Source: the human T2T-CHM13v2.0 reference genome, Homo sapiens. From it: a DNA stretch of 64,000 bases. A program made the position numbers and the translations under genes. The stretch is from the NCBI RefSeq assembly GCF_009914755.1, contig NC_060925.1, one strand, 5' to 3'. Positions 41,448 to 54,640 of this stretch are shown here, in pieces (position 1 is the first letter of the stretch; every line of letters begins with the position of its first letter). The notes below the pieces were generated by a model. The model ran no database searches. It was not told the origin of the DNA and saw only the letters and a list, made by a program, of their open reading frames with translations.

Positions 41448-41448
<1 letters not shown>

Positions 41449-41861
41449 CTTTTGCATGACTGCCCCATCATCCCAACCCCGATTTACAGAGACTGCAGCA
41501 GGAAACACTGCCCTTAGGACCAGGCAAGACAGGTGCCTAAGGGAAATAAAGCCATGTGCAAACACAATATATTAAAAGGAGGAACCTTATCTCAAGCACT
41601 GGTACCGGCACTCATCAAGACGACAATGCTCTAATGAAGGGCTGAAGATAAAGCCTGCTGAAAATATGCACCAAAGTGCAGATGGTAACTCTGGATAGCA
41701 GAATTTCAAGTAACTTTTTTTCTTTGCTTATTCATTTTTGACATGAGTTGCTTATACGACAATAGGTAAGACAAAGAGGGATGGCAGAGGATATGAAGAG
41801 TTTGGCCTCCTGTGTTCCCTCCTGTCAGTCTTCAATCTAATACATAAATAAAGAATTGTAA

Positions 41862-42166
<305 letters not shown>

Positions 42167-43398
42167 GAATTGTAGAAACCAAGTGCCTTTAGGAGGGAAG
42201 GAAACACACTGGGGGTTCAGCTTGTCCCTCTGGCTGAGGGCCTCAAGTCCTAAAAAATCCACACCCCTTACCTTACCCTATCCCCTCAAACTTCTGCTTC
42301 ATTAGAAACATCATGCTGTCAACCACACCAGTGGCTGGCAGCACGGACTAAAACCACTTCGACTCCTTCTCTCTGGTTTTCAAATATGGAAACTCACAGC
42401 ACTTTCCCCAGACAAGAAGAAGTTAGCCTCCCTAATGAGGAAAGGAAAAATCTAAGCCGCTCAAGTCATAGACCAAGGTGCTCAGGAGCAAAGCAGGGAG
42501 TAGACACCTGGCCCTACTTTCAGCTCTAACAGGCATTCTTGTTTCTGCAATGGGATAGCCACTCTCCCCCATTGCTAACAAGTTCTCTGATCTCTTTGTG
42601 CAGGAGTACAACTTGTTCTGATGCCGAAAAAGTAGGTACCATTAGCAGACAGCTCAAGACAGGAAGCACACACCAACGTTTTCAAGCCAACAGTGTATAT
42701 GATTTGTCCAAACCCAATCCCTTCCTCTGATTCTGATCATAGGCTTCTTCCTCAAGCTGAAATTGAATTTTTCTGCCCCATCCTTTGAGAGCTCTGATCT
42801 CCTTCAGTCGCCCCCTGAAGAACCTCACAGGCATGAGGAAGTTTCCTCAAAAGCTAATCTAAATCCTCCTCCTCCAATTCAGATCACTTCCTCTTACCAT
42901 CTTTTCAGATTTGGGTCCCTCCATTTGATTGTGGTATGGAATGAAGAAGTTTGACAACATTCTGCTGCCCCAGGTGGCTGAGCAGACACTAGGGGGCCTA
43001 ACTGCTGCTCCATTCTATCCAACCCCCTACGGGAGATTTCAACTTCACTGGTCGCTGGTATCTGGAAGGCCTATCTCCAATTACCTGGCAGTACCTGGCT
43101 GCTGCCTCCCCAAATTTTCCCTTCCATTTGTTTGATCCTCTGTGTGCCCACGCTAACTCTGGCCCCACCCAGCTGACTCGGGCTATGAAGACTTTGGCAG
43201 AGCTCTGCACATTTCTGTGGTTCCCTAAATCCCTGCTCCTCCATGGAGAGCAGCCAGACCAACCCAGAACCAGAGCCCCAGCCTTCCTGCTCACCACACA
43301 GCCATCCCCAGGACCCACCCAGATTGCACTGGGCACCCAAGGCTGATGCAGTGAAGAGCCGTATCGTTTAAGACTGGAACTTTAGAATCAAGAAAGGA

Positions 43399-43750
<352 letters not shown>

Positions 43751-43849
43751 TTATAAACATCACTTGTTCAAACCCATTCTGAGTCTTGCTAGCAAGAGAT
43801 TCTGATCACTGTGCAGGTCCTTATTTCTCTTTCTAAAGAGGAAATAATC

Positions 43850-44220
43850 TCTGCATTTTTATAGTGCTTTACAAATCCCTTTCCATACTTTATTTCACTT
43901 GATTCTCACAGGCAAGACTAATTTCATCCCCATTTTACCAAAGGGAGAGCTGAAGCCCAGAGAGGTTAACTTGCTCAGGGCTACACATGCAGTTGACGGT
44001 AGTAGAATTTGAGGCCAGGTCTTCCAGTTCTTGATCAGAAAGGGCAGTATAATGGGGGGTGGGATGCAGACAGAAAGTCATGGGTTCAAATCCTACCCCC
44101 ACCACTTACTGGCTGTGTGACTTTGGCAAGTTATTCAGCCCCTCTAAGACTTGGCTTCTGTATCAACAACATGAAGGTAATACCTCCCTTACAGGGTTGT
44201 CACGAGAATTAAAAGAGATA
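43850..44220. mobile_element. MIR fragments (two, opposite orientation)
   Basis: CCCCATTTTAC...GAGAGGTTAACTTGCTCAGGG and GGGTTCAAATCC...CTGTGTGACTTTGGCAAGTTA. Confidence 0.7.
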
Positions 44221-45228
44221 ATGGACACAGACACCCATTTAATGTTAGTGCCCCAGCTGCATATTCTGCTAAAGGCCATCAGAGCTTGGTATCTGTGAAA
44301 GCACCCTCCCCCTGCACTCTGCAAACAGATGCACAGATATAACTAAAACAAAGCCACCTCCCCACAGCCCAATTTTCCTCAAGCCCCAAGCATGCAAGCC
44401 CAAAGCATCACTCTCATGAGTAGGGCTTTCAGGAAATAGCCTCTTCCCCAGGGCCAGCCACTGTCAGACACTTGAACAGCAAATCCAGTTTCAGACCATG
44501 GCCACAAGAGGCCAAATGGGCCAAGATGGGCCCGTGCCCTTCTCAATGCCAACTCCAATAATTGGTGCTGGTTTATAGGTACTAACCTTATCAACTTTTA
44601 TATTGTTATTTAAAATCTAAATTAAGATTTAGATTTTCTAAATACCTTCTAAGTACCTTCAGGTCAATATTCTCTCTGCCTGTCCTCTCTACACCTGACA
44701 TAACTGAGTTGGGTGGGAAACATCCTAAGGATGGCTTTCTTTTGAACCCTGCGCTTACATTTTCTGCCCTTTCCCAACCCAATTTCAGCAAGGACCCAAA
44801 GCATGAATCTTGAGAGACCCACAGTAGAGACTGTATTTCACTTGTGACTTCTAGCTTATACTCAAAGAAGAAAAGGGCAAACAAAACTAACTTCTCAGTG
44901 TCTTGGGATGCAGGAACTAAAGCTACTCATGAGATGGAAGTGACCAAGAAAGAAGCTGGTGTGGAGCAGAGACGTAGCCTCCAGGGTTTCAAACCATGTG
45001 AAAACCTTTCCCACAACAAGCCTGTCCACCTACTTCTGTCTTAAGTCAAGCTTTGGTTTCACTTAAATTTTGTAAAATGCTATGTGATTAAATCTTGTTT
45101 TCAGTTAAATAAAATGACTGTCATATCAGTGCTATTTCTTATTTTTAAAACCATTTAAAAAATTAAAACTTGTAATTAAATCACCTTTGATTTTTAAGCC
45201 CCAGTTATAGATGGGGCGAAATATTTTA

Positions 45229-45555
<327 letters not shown>

Positions 45556-45937
45556 TTGCTGAGAGCCCTCTATACCAATCACATAGGCTATACTGCGTGC
45601 CTGCTAACACCTGATAGTTCTGTCCTGGTCTGAGTATCCATTCCCAGGCCCAAGCAACTCTCTGCATAGCAAGAGCTCTGAGTTATTGAGGAGGAAGAGT
45701 CAACTGCTGACCCTCGCTAGCTTTTGAAACAAACACATCACTACAATCACTAATGAGAGTTTTAGCCAACCCCAGCTGGTATCCTTTGGGATGTGAGTGA
45801 GTACCTTCAATGAGTGGGAAAGAATAAACGGCTTCAACCATTGCAGACATGCCCCCAAAAGAGGAATTACTATGCCTGCTGAGTTTGGGCACCCCCATCA
45901 TAAGCATTCTCTCTGTTTCACCAGAGTTTTAGATCTA

Positions 45938-46195
<258 letters not shown>

Positions 46196-46741
46196 TCAGA
46201 GGGAGAAATGGGAAGAGCAGAAGAATTAGGCCAGCCACTGGGAACCCTTCCCAGCCACCTTTCCCATCTACTAGAGCTACAGTTTCACTAGATTACAGCA
46301 AAGAAACTAAATATGGGAATAAGCTGTGCCAGGTGGGAAAGAAAAGAGGTTAAAAGGTCCTTTTTATTCTGATTCCAAAGCCATTTACACTTCATGCTCT
46401 AGCCAAATCAGACTTATCAGCTAAGTAGATCACATTTCTTCTATTTAAATCCTGAAGCAGAAAAATAAAAAGGTGATGTCATCCTGCTGGAACACAGTCC
46501 TTCCTGAAGCACCAAGGGCTTTGGAAGAGAAGGAAAATTGCTCTTTTCAATCTCATCTCAGGAGAGGGAAGAAAAAAGTTATGGAAACAGCAACAACTAT
46601 ATAAGTGAGAAGGTGACACATGTTCTCTTTTTAAACAAGACAACTAAAGGTGAATGGGAATATTTTAGAAATAAATGACACCACCATGATGAGGGAGAAG
46701 TAGATAAGGGGTAGATCCTGGACTCCAGAGTCCTCACTTAC

Positions 46742-46813
46742 ATGGAAGAGCAGGCAGTGTGTCCACAGGGATCTGAAGAGTCGGCTTGTCTTTCCCTTGA
46801 CCGCTCAAAGATT
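46742..46813 (-). other. IRF6: IRF6 exon 2 (72-nt 5'UTR exon)
   Basis: Acceptor CTCCATACAG| and donor CAT|GTAAGT. Confidence 0.9.
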
Positions 46814-49800
46814 CTGTATGGAGAAAAGGAGGGGTCTCAGCTGGCTATCCATACAACAATCCAGTGTCTGGGAGAAGGCTTGGGAACACTGGCGACAAAG
46901 GCTGAGAACACGTCTCCACTACTGAGTCTGGTAAAGCTCAGAAGCCCTAGAATAACCAAATACTAAAGTACTAAGAGTACTTAGAGTACTAAAAGCAGTC
47001 ATGAGACAAGCTTTGCATGGCTAGGACAGCCTCCTCCCTTGGGTCTGTTTATCTCCCAGTGAAGGCTGGAGTGAACCAATTGGTTGCAGGAGCCAGCATG
47101 GGTAAAGTCTGCAATTGATTCTTGTAAAAATACATGGGCATAGCAGATAACATTCAAGAGCAGCTGGCACTCACAGCAGAAAACAAAAGCCTTCCCAGAT
47201 TGGGTGACTGATAAAAAAACAGTCACTGGAGAATTGTTTGTCTGAGATGTTGTGTTTGGATTTTTTGGTGTTCTTATTTTGTTTTTACTTAAGATGAGAA
47301 TGAGATGCCTGGAAAAAGAACACTCATTCAACAAATATTTGTTCATCAGCTACTGTGTGCCAAGCACGGTGTTAGTTACTAAACACTGACGCTCCATGTT
47401 CCTTCTTGAGAAACTCCACACTGGAACTTCTCAAGCCCCACAATGGCCTGAGAAGGAGGGGAAGATAAATAGGTCACCTTCATACCCAGAAAGATCCCTA
47501 CCTGGACCACAGTTCTGAAACCAAACAACCTTACAGCAAAGCAGCTAAATATGGGAATAAACTGTGCCAGGTGGGAAAGAAAAGAGGTTAAAAGGGTCAG
47601 CTGAAGGCTCCTACTCAGAAGAGCTTAGCTGACGGGGTGGCCCATAACACCACTTCTCTCCCCAGCCAGACTCCCAACAAATGTGAAAAACCCAAACCCA
47701 ACTCAGCGTCTGGCACTTTAAGAGCAAGGCAAGACCTGCTCTCACCTGAGCTTTCTGACCCAATTACCAAGTCCTGCAACTGAAACCTTCCCCCTGGGAG
47801 CATAGTGGGTAGGTCAGGTTGGCACGCAGTGTTCAAGTACCCCCATGTAGTTGGCCTTGAATTACGGTGTTTTGTAGGGCAGCATGTGAAACCATCAAAC
47901 CATGGAGTGCATTATAAGCCTTATAAGGAGGAGGGGATGCATATTCTCTCAACGGCTAGTTCTACCTTCTGCTCCCCAGTCCTATCACTACTGAAAGGGG
48001 GATGGAGCAAGAGAAGGAAAAAGAGGATAGGGAAATAGGCACCAAACCAGTCAATCTAGTAAAGAGCTTTTGAGAATTTCCATTGCAATACTGGTAAGTG
48101 CTGTGTTTGGGCCTGTCAGACATTAAAATCCAACTCTTGACTGATAGTGGACTGGAAGAAAAGTCCAAAAGGACTTATTGTAGTTGATCCAAATCCCACC
48201 ATGCAAAAATTAAGGCAATCAGGCCAAGACCAGGAGCTGCACCTGATGATGGGAAAGGAGAAGCAGCCACCCACAGAAATCAGTGATTAAGATCTAGAGC
48301 CCTGGGTTCTCAGTGTTCTCCTAAGATGGGACTACACAAGAGCAGCCTTGCCTCAGCCCCATGGAAGGAGCCCCAGCCTGCCCTCCTCCAAGCCCATGCC
48401 CTGCCTCTCTCACTGTAAACCCTCTCCACCTTCTGAAAGTCAGCCAAGATCTCCCCCACTCACCACCCAGTAACTACAAGTCTAAAAACAGGCAGAGATG
48501 GAACAATTGAAAACCCAAATGGCCAAGACAGAAACATTCATTACGTCACAACCACAGGCTGCAATATTAAGTAGCCATTAACAACAGGTGTCAGAATTTG
48601 TATTATACTCAAGGAAATGTTTACAATATGAAGTTGTGGGGGCAGGGGGAAACAGCATACAACTTGACTGTGTAGCACTATCTCCATCTTGTAACACAGC
48701 ATATACTTGCATACATGTGCACATACACACAGAACTGAAAAAAGGAAATAAATACAACAATGCAACAAAATATTTGTAATGGTTATCTAGTGATGCAACT
48801 ATGGGTGCTTTTTACATTCTCCCATATACATTATATATGATTCATATTTTCCTACAATGATATGTTTCAATTTATAATTTAAAAAACTACAAGTAATTTT
48901 TTCTTAACCTCAGGACAATAAGACATTTCTTATGAAGGATGGTAACAACAATCCTTTGTATCTGTGTAGGCTTTACAATTTTTACATGAACCTTTACCTA
49001 ACATGTCTGATTTCATCCTCATAAACCTGAATGTGATATTACTATCCCCATTTTACATCTGGGCTGAGGTGCTTTATTTCCTAAGTCACAGTGTTCTGTA
49101 CCAAACCCTGCCACTGCACCTTGTCTTCCATGTCCCTCTCATCTTCTGCGCACCAAGAAAGTAAACTAAAAACATCAACAAAGATCCCAGCAGCATAGAG
49201 GGCCAATAAAGTGATTGAGGTGGAGACTGCATAACATCCACTCTCAAACACACCTAAATCAGAGTTCTCTTTCTAAACACTCTTGCCACCCAAATCCCAA
49301 CGCCTGAAGAACCACCTTAGCCTAGTTGAACTCATCTTGGTATCTCTAGCTGCCATCACAGCAAAATGTAAGGCCTGTGTCTCTAACAGGTACTTAAACA
49401 GCCAAAGGACAATGATGCTAACCTATCTATTCCCCTCACAGTGAGCATAGAGGAGGGACACTTTCAGCCTCCTCCGAGCATAACTGTCCTCTCCCATACC
49501 CCTATTCTAGGGAGCAGGTCCTCCATAAACACCCTCATTGCCACCTCCATAGCTCCTCCCCAGACTAGTTTCCAGGGGCACTGCCACACAAAAGCCGAGA
49601 TTTGGCCGTCAGTGGTTTTGCTCAGGTTAAAACACACGCCATTTCTCGCAGACAATTCTTAGCAGTCCCAGCTCTTCCCTTTCTCCTGAAAGAAATGAAA
49701 TGCCATCGTCTAAGTTCCGTTCCTCAGGCTTCCCTGTTTAGCCCTGCTTAGGGGTAAACTGCAGGCCTCTAGTCAAAATGCCCACACCCTTCCCTTCTGC

Positions 49801-50299
49801 TGGATGGAAGCTGGGGGATGGCGAATGGGAGTTACAAGGTATTGAGTGCCACTGTCATACATCATACACACGTCTCATCCTAAACCACACTCCTGGGTCA
49901 ACACCAGCTTTCACCAATCCCACCCAAGCGCCTTCCTCTCTCTATCCATCTCTTTTCCCTGACTTCCACTCTTGACATCCACCAAGAGAACAGGTTGGAA
50001 CAGGATGACCCCTTTACCACAAAGCAGGCTCCCTGTAAAGAGTGACACCTCAGGCCTCCTTTCCAAGTCAGGCCTGGGAGACTTTCCCCATTCTCCACAC
50101 CACCCTCCAGCCCCTTCGGGCAAAGAGGGCCCACCCCCAGAGCAACCACACCCCAGCGCCACCCTCCCCAGCACCTAGCTCCGCTCCTTGGAAATCCAAG
50201 GTTGTCTCCCAGGCCCAGGGCGAAGGGCCTAACTGTGCCAAACAGACTCAGGGAGGGAAGACAAACCGCCAATGCTCCAAAGCTCCTGGCCACCCTCAC

Positions 50300-51130
50300 T
50301 CCAGTTTCCCAAAACGCCCACTAGGATCAAGGACCTGCGGACCTGGGAAGTCCCCTCTCTGGGACACAGGGGCCAGCCGCAAGTTGGTAAGACTGAAGGG
50401 GGCGCGGTGCTTTAGCTCTACCGGATAGTGGGGTTGTTGACGGCCGAGAGCAGTGCCCTCCGCTTCGGCGGTGGGGGTAGGGAGAGTAGACACAAGTGTA
50501 GATTCGAGAGGGGCCTAGCGCTACAGAACTGAGGCCGCCCCAAAGCTATCTGGAAAAGGGCGACAGGCACCCAGCCCCAGTGGGTACCCACCCCAAACAC
50601 ACAGATGCCCCCAAGCAAGTTCTCTCACCCCCTACAAACTCCGGGGATGGGTCCTACCCCACCCACGGGGGAGCCTCTCCTCCCTCAAGCTGGTCCCCAG
50701 AAGTTGGCGTACCCACCTTTGCTCAATCTGTCCACCAGAAGCGGACGTCCCTCCGAACCAAGTCCGCAGCGAAGATCACCCGTCGCTACCACGCTCCTCG
50801 ACGTCTTAGCCAAGGGGCGCCTGGCTCTACCCAAGTAGGGACTGCAGGTTCCTCTCCCCGTCCCGCACCAGCCCTTACCTGCCCAGCCCAGGTGCGCCGA
50901 GCTCACGTCAGCGCCTCGCCCCAGGACGCCGCAGCCTTCGCATCCGCCCGGCCACGCCTCCCAGGTGTGGCCACGCCCCCCGGCGTTCGGGATTGGCGAG
51001 TTGCAAGAAATATGACACTCCGCGTTTCTGGGCTGCCCGGCCCAGCGGCGTCCGTCCAGCGTCCCACCCTACTCCTCCGCTTCTAACTCCGGCTAAGAAA
51101 GTCCCAGATTCAGGCCTAGCCTTACGGCTC
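50300..51130. promoter_or_regulatory. IRF6 CpG-island promoter
   Basis: High CpG; GC box 50944-50949, E-box CAGGTG 50962-50967, KLF CCACGCCC 50971-50978, CCAAT (minus) 50992-50996. Confidence 0.9.
50879..50905 (-). other. IRF6: IRF6 exon 1 (5' end approximate)
   Basis: Donor CAG|GTAAGG at 50879/50878 inside the CpG island. Confidence 0.8.
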
Positions 51131-51499
51131 AGGGCTGGTGGTCCTGGGAACTGGAAGCGACTGGGAGTTCAGATCTAAGTCGAGAGGGTGCCTCCCTCCT
51201 TCACGGCCCATAATTACCCTGCAGTATGCAGACAGTTAAGCACAAATAAGGGTTTTGAGATTCTGGGTTGGCCCTACTACTCGTGGGCCTGTGTAAGTGG
51301 AGTTGCACATGAAGAAGAGAACCAGGACACTTGGTCCTGTCTGGGAGAAGCCATAGGCTTTCAGGACTAGAATTCTACCTTTACTCTGCCTCTTACCCGT
51401 GTGACCCTGGGTAAGTTACTTAGCTTCTTGGCTTCTTGGTTTCAGTTTCCTCATCTCTTCAATGAGAATAATAATTCCTTCCTTCTTTTTTGTTGTTGT

Positions 51500-51880
51500 T
51501 TGCTTTTTTCTCTTTCTTTTTTCTTCCTTTTTTTTTTTTTTTTTTTTTGGAGATGGGGTCTTGCTATTAAGTTACACAGTCTGGTCTGCAACACCTGGGC
51601 TCAAGGGATCCGCCTCAGCCTCGCAAAGTGCTGGGATTACAGGCACTGGCACCCAGTTCAATTCCTTTTTTTTTTTTTTTTTTTTTTTTTAGGCAGGGTC
51701 TGGCTCTGTCATCCAGGCTAGAATGCAGTGGCACAATCATAGCTCAACCTCCTGGGCTCAAGCAATTATCCCACCTCACCCTCCCAAGTAACTGGAAATA
51801 TAGGCATGGGTCACCATGCCCGGCTAATTTTTTTTTTTTTTTTTTTAGAGACAGGGTCTGACTATGTTGCCCAGACTGGA
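51500..51880 (-). mobile_element. Two adjacent reverse Alu pieces (FLAM/AluJ) flanked by MIR fragments
   Basis: Three poly-T runs with Alu body sequence. Confidence 0.8.
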
Positions 51881-52479
51881 GTTCCTGCTTCCTCTGATCA
51901 CTATCGTGTAATGAGTAAAAGCATAGCCTCTGGAGCCAACTATTGGGGTTTAGACCCCAACTCCATCAGTTACTACAGACTTGGGAAAGTTTCTTAAGCT
52001 TTTTAGGCCCTGGTGTCTTATCTGTAGAAAGAGGTTAGTAATAGTACCTACCTCAGGGGTATTGTGGGAATTCAATAACTACATGTAAACTGCTTGCAAC
52101 AATATTTAGCACTTATCAAGTGCTTTATATGTACTTGCAATTATTATTGGCATAAAGATTAAAAATACCATATAGACAGTGCGTCAGAGAACAAGAAGGC
52201 ATTCCTTGTTATTACCTGAAATTCAAGTCCTGCATGTACCCTAACAGGTGCTTGATGAGATTGCCCTCACCTTCCTCATCTATCTAGAGGACCGGTTTGC
52301 AGGAGGCTGTGCAACAGTAAATGAGACTTTTAAAAATCCCCCACCCTCAACCACTGAGCTGTCGTAGGTGAAATGGGGCATGCGCAGGTCACTTAGGTTT
52401 TGGTGTTTAAAGTAATGAGTGAGAAACTGTGGAGGAGTGGTACAATGAGTTGAACTGTCACCCACATACAAAAAAATTT

Positions 52480-52888
52480 GTATTTGTATTTTGAAGTCCT
52501 GACCACCCCCACTGCAACCACAGCCAGATGTCAGAATATGACCTTATTGGGAGACAGGATCCTTATGGAGGTAATCAAGTTAAAACGTGGTTATTAGGGT
52601 GAGCCTGAATCCAATATGAATGGTGTCCTTATAAAAGGAGGAGATTTGGACACAGAGGCAGATACCCACAGAGGGAAGGTGATATGAAGAGACATAAAGA
52701 GAAGACAGCTAGCTGCAACCCAAGGAGAGATACCTGGAATAGAGCTCTTTTTTTTTTTTTTTTTTTCACATCCCTCAGACCCTTGATTTTAGACTTTTAA
52801 ACTCCAGAACTATGAAACAAAAAATTTCTGTTGTTCAAGCCACCCACTCTGAGGTACATTGTTATGGTAGCCCTAGCATACTCATACA
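52480..52888 (+). mobile_element. MaLR LTR (MLT1B-like)
   Basis: GAATATGACCTTATTGG...GTCCTTATAAAAG...GTTATGGTAGCCCTAGCATACTCATACA. Confidence 0.8.
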
Positions 52889-53851
52889 AGTGTGTTGAAG
52901 AGCCCCAGATTGATAATAATGTAGGCATGATTCCAAGTCCCAATTTAGCTTTGGAATGTAGCCAGCAAAGGCCTGGGAAGGCAGCAAGGCCCCAAGGCCT
53001 GACTCAGCCAGCCTCTGTCTCAACCACTGCCCTGTGGCCACTCTTCCCTTCACTGGGGGAAGGGCAAGCTCATCAGCACAGCTAGCTGTTTACTGCTGAT
53101 GAGCTCACTAGACAAACAGCATCTTCCATCTGGCCCAGGGCTGGGCTCTGGGGACCAAACAAGCTCCACTGCAGGTGTATGAGAGGGATGAGGGGTAAGG
53201 CCATTGGGAGAGTGTCATTTGAGGGGAGTCAAAACCCCAGTGGCATACAAGTATGAGCCCACACACAGGCACTCACTTTTGCACCAGCTGAAATTCCCAT
53301 GACTAAGGGGATGTCTTAAGGACCTTCTTTAGAAGACATATATTTTGGAATCAGAAAACTCAAGCTGGGAGGGTTCTTCTGGACTATCTAGATCAAGACT
53401 AAAACTGACTTAGCCAGTTTTTACCCACACAGTATTTTAAATATCAGGAGGTATCACATAAACATCAAAATTCTCAGCATCTCTTAAAGAGTCAAGTGCC
53501 CTGGATGCTCTACCAGCAGTTCTACCTGGCAACAGTTGCCCATTTAGAGGGAGTCTACACGTTACAGCCAATACAAACTCACTCTATTGAGCTCACTAAT
53601 TTACTTTAATTGCCTGACCCTGTAGGCATCTGATTGCAACTTCTAGTCTAAATTCTCCCTTTTCATAGATGAGAAAACTGCGGCCCAGCGAGGTCAAGTG
53701 ATTTACTCAAGGTCACATGGCATATTAGCCACAAACCAAGACTAGAACACAAACCCGGGGCTCTATCCACTTGGACCCCTGCTCAGCTCCGCAGCCAAAG
53801 TCTATTCTGACCTGTTCTGCACTGGCTGTTAACGATTTAAAAAAAAAAATC

Positions 53852-54145
<294 letters not shown>

Positions 54146-54454
54146 TCACCCATGGATCTAGGTACTGTTGATATTGTTGATATTGCCATAAACAAAACCA
54201 AGTCCCTACTCTCATGTCACTCAACTGAAGAATTAATGAAAGGGGGTAAAGCAGGTGGAATTAAGGTAGAGATCAGGAGGAACTCCCCGGCTCTGCAGGC
54301 AACAAGCCCTGACAATAGGCCACCCTGATGTCTTCTATTCTGATACACGCCTCATCTGCTTGATCTGGGGAATAAGAACATCTTGTGAGTCTTTCCACAA
54401 GCTCTTGAGGAATCAGTTCTTCTGTATTCTCAAAAGAGCCTCTTCAGGATTCAG

Positions 54455-54640
54455 TCATTCCCAACATGCCCTGGGCCTGCAATGCTCCCATCATTTTGCC
54501 CTCCATTGATAATCAGGTGCGGCATTGCTGACTCACTAGTGAGTCTGAGTTTCAGGTAGTGGGACGTACATTTCAGCACGGGGGCCCTGATTCACAGCCA
54601 CAGGGAATGAGGGAATTCCCCTCTCCTGTTCCCAGTCAGC
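54455..54640. promoter_or_regulatory. Putative IRF6 -3.6 kb enhancer (p63 / AP-1-MAF / NF-kB / RBPJ motifs)
   Basis: CAACATGCCC 54462-54471; TGCTGACTCA 54526-54535; GGGAATTCCC 54611-54620; TTCCCA twice. Confidence 0.5.

Noticed and set aside
50392-50468. CTCF-like motifs in IRF6 intron 1
   Set aside because: Mismatched at core positions; cannot be supported without a PWM scan or ChIP data
50042-51086. Long Pro/Arg/Ala-rich ORFs near the IRF6 promoter (and 29120-29524)
   Set aside because: GC-rich CpG islands are depleted of stop codons
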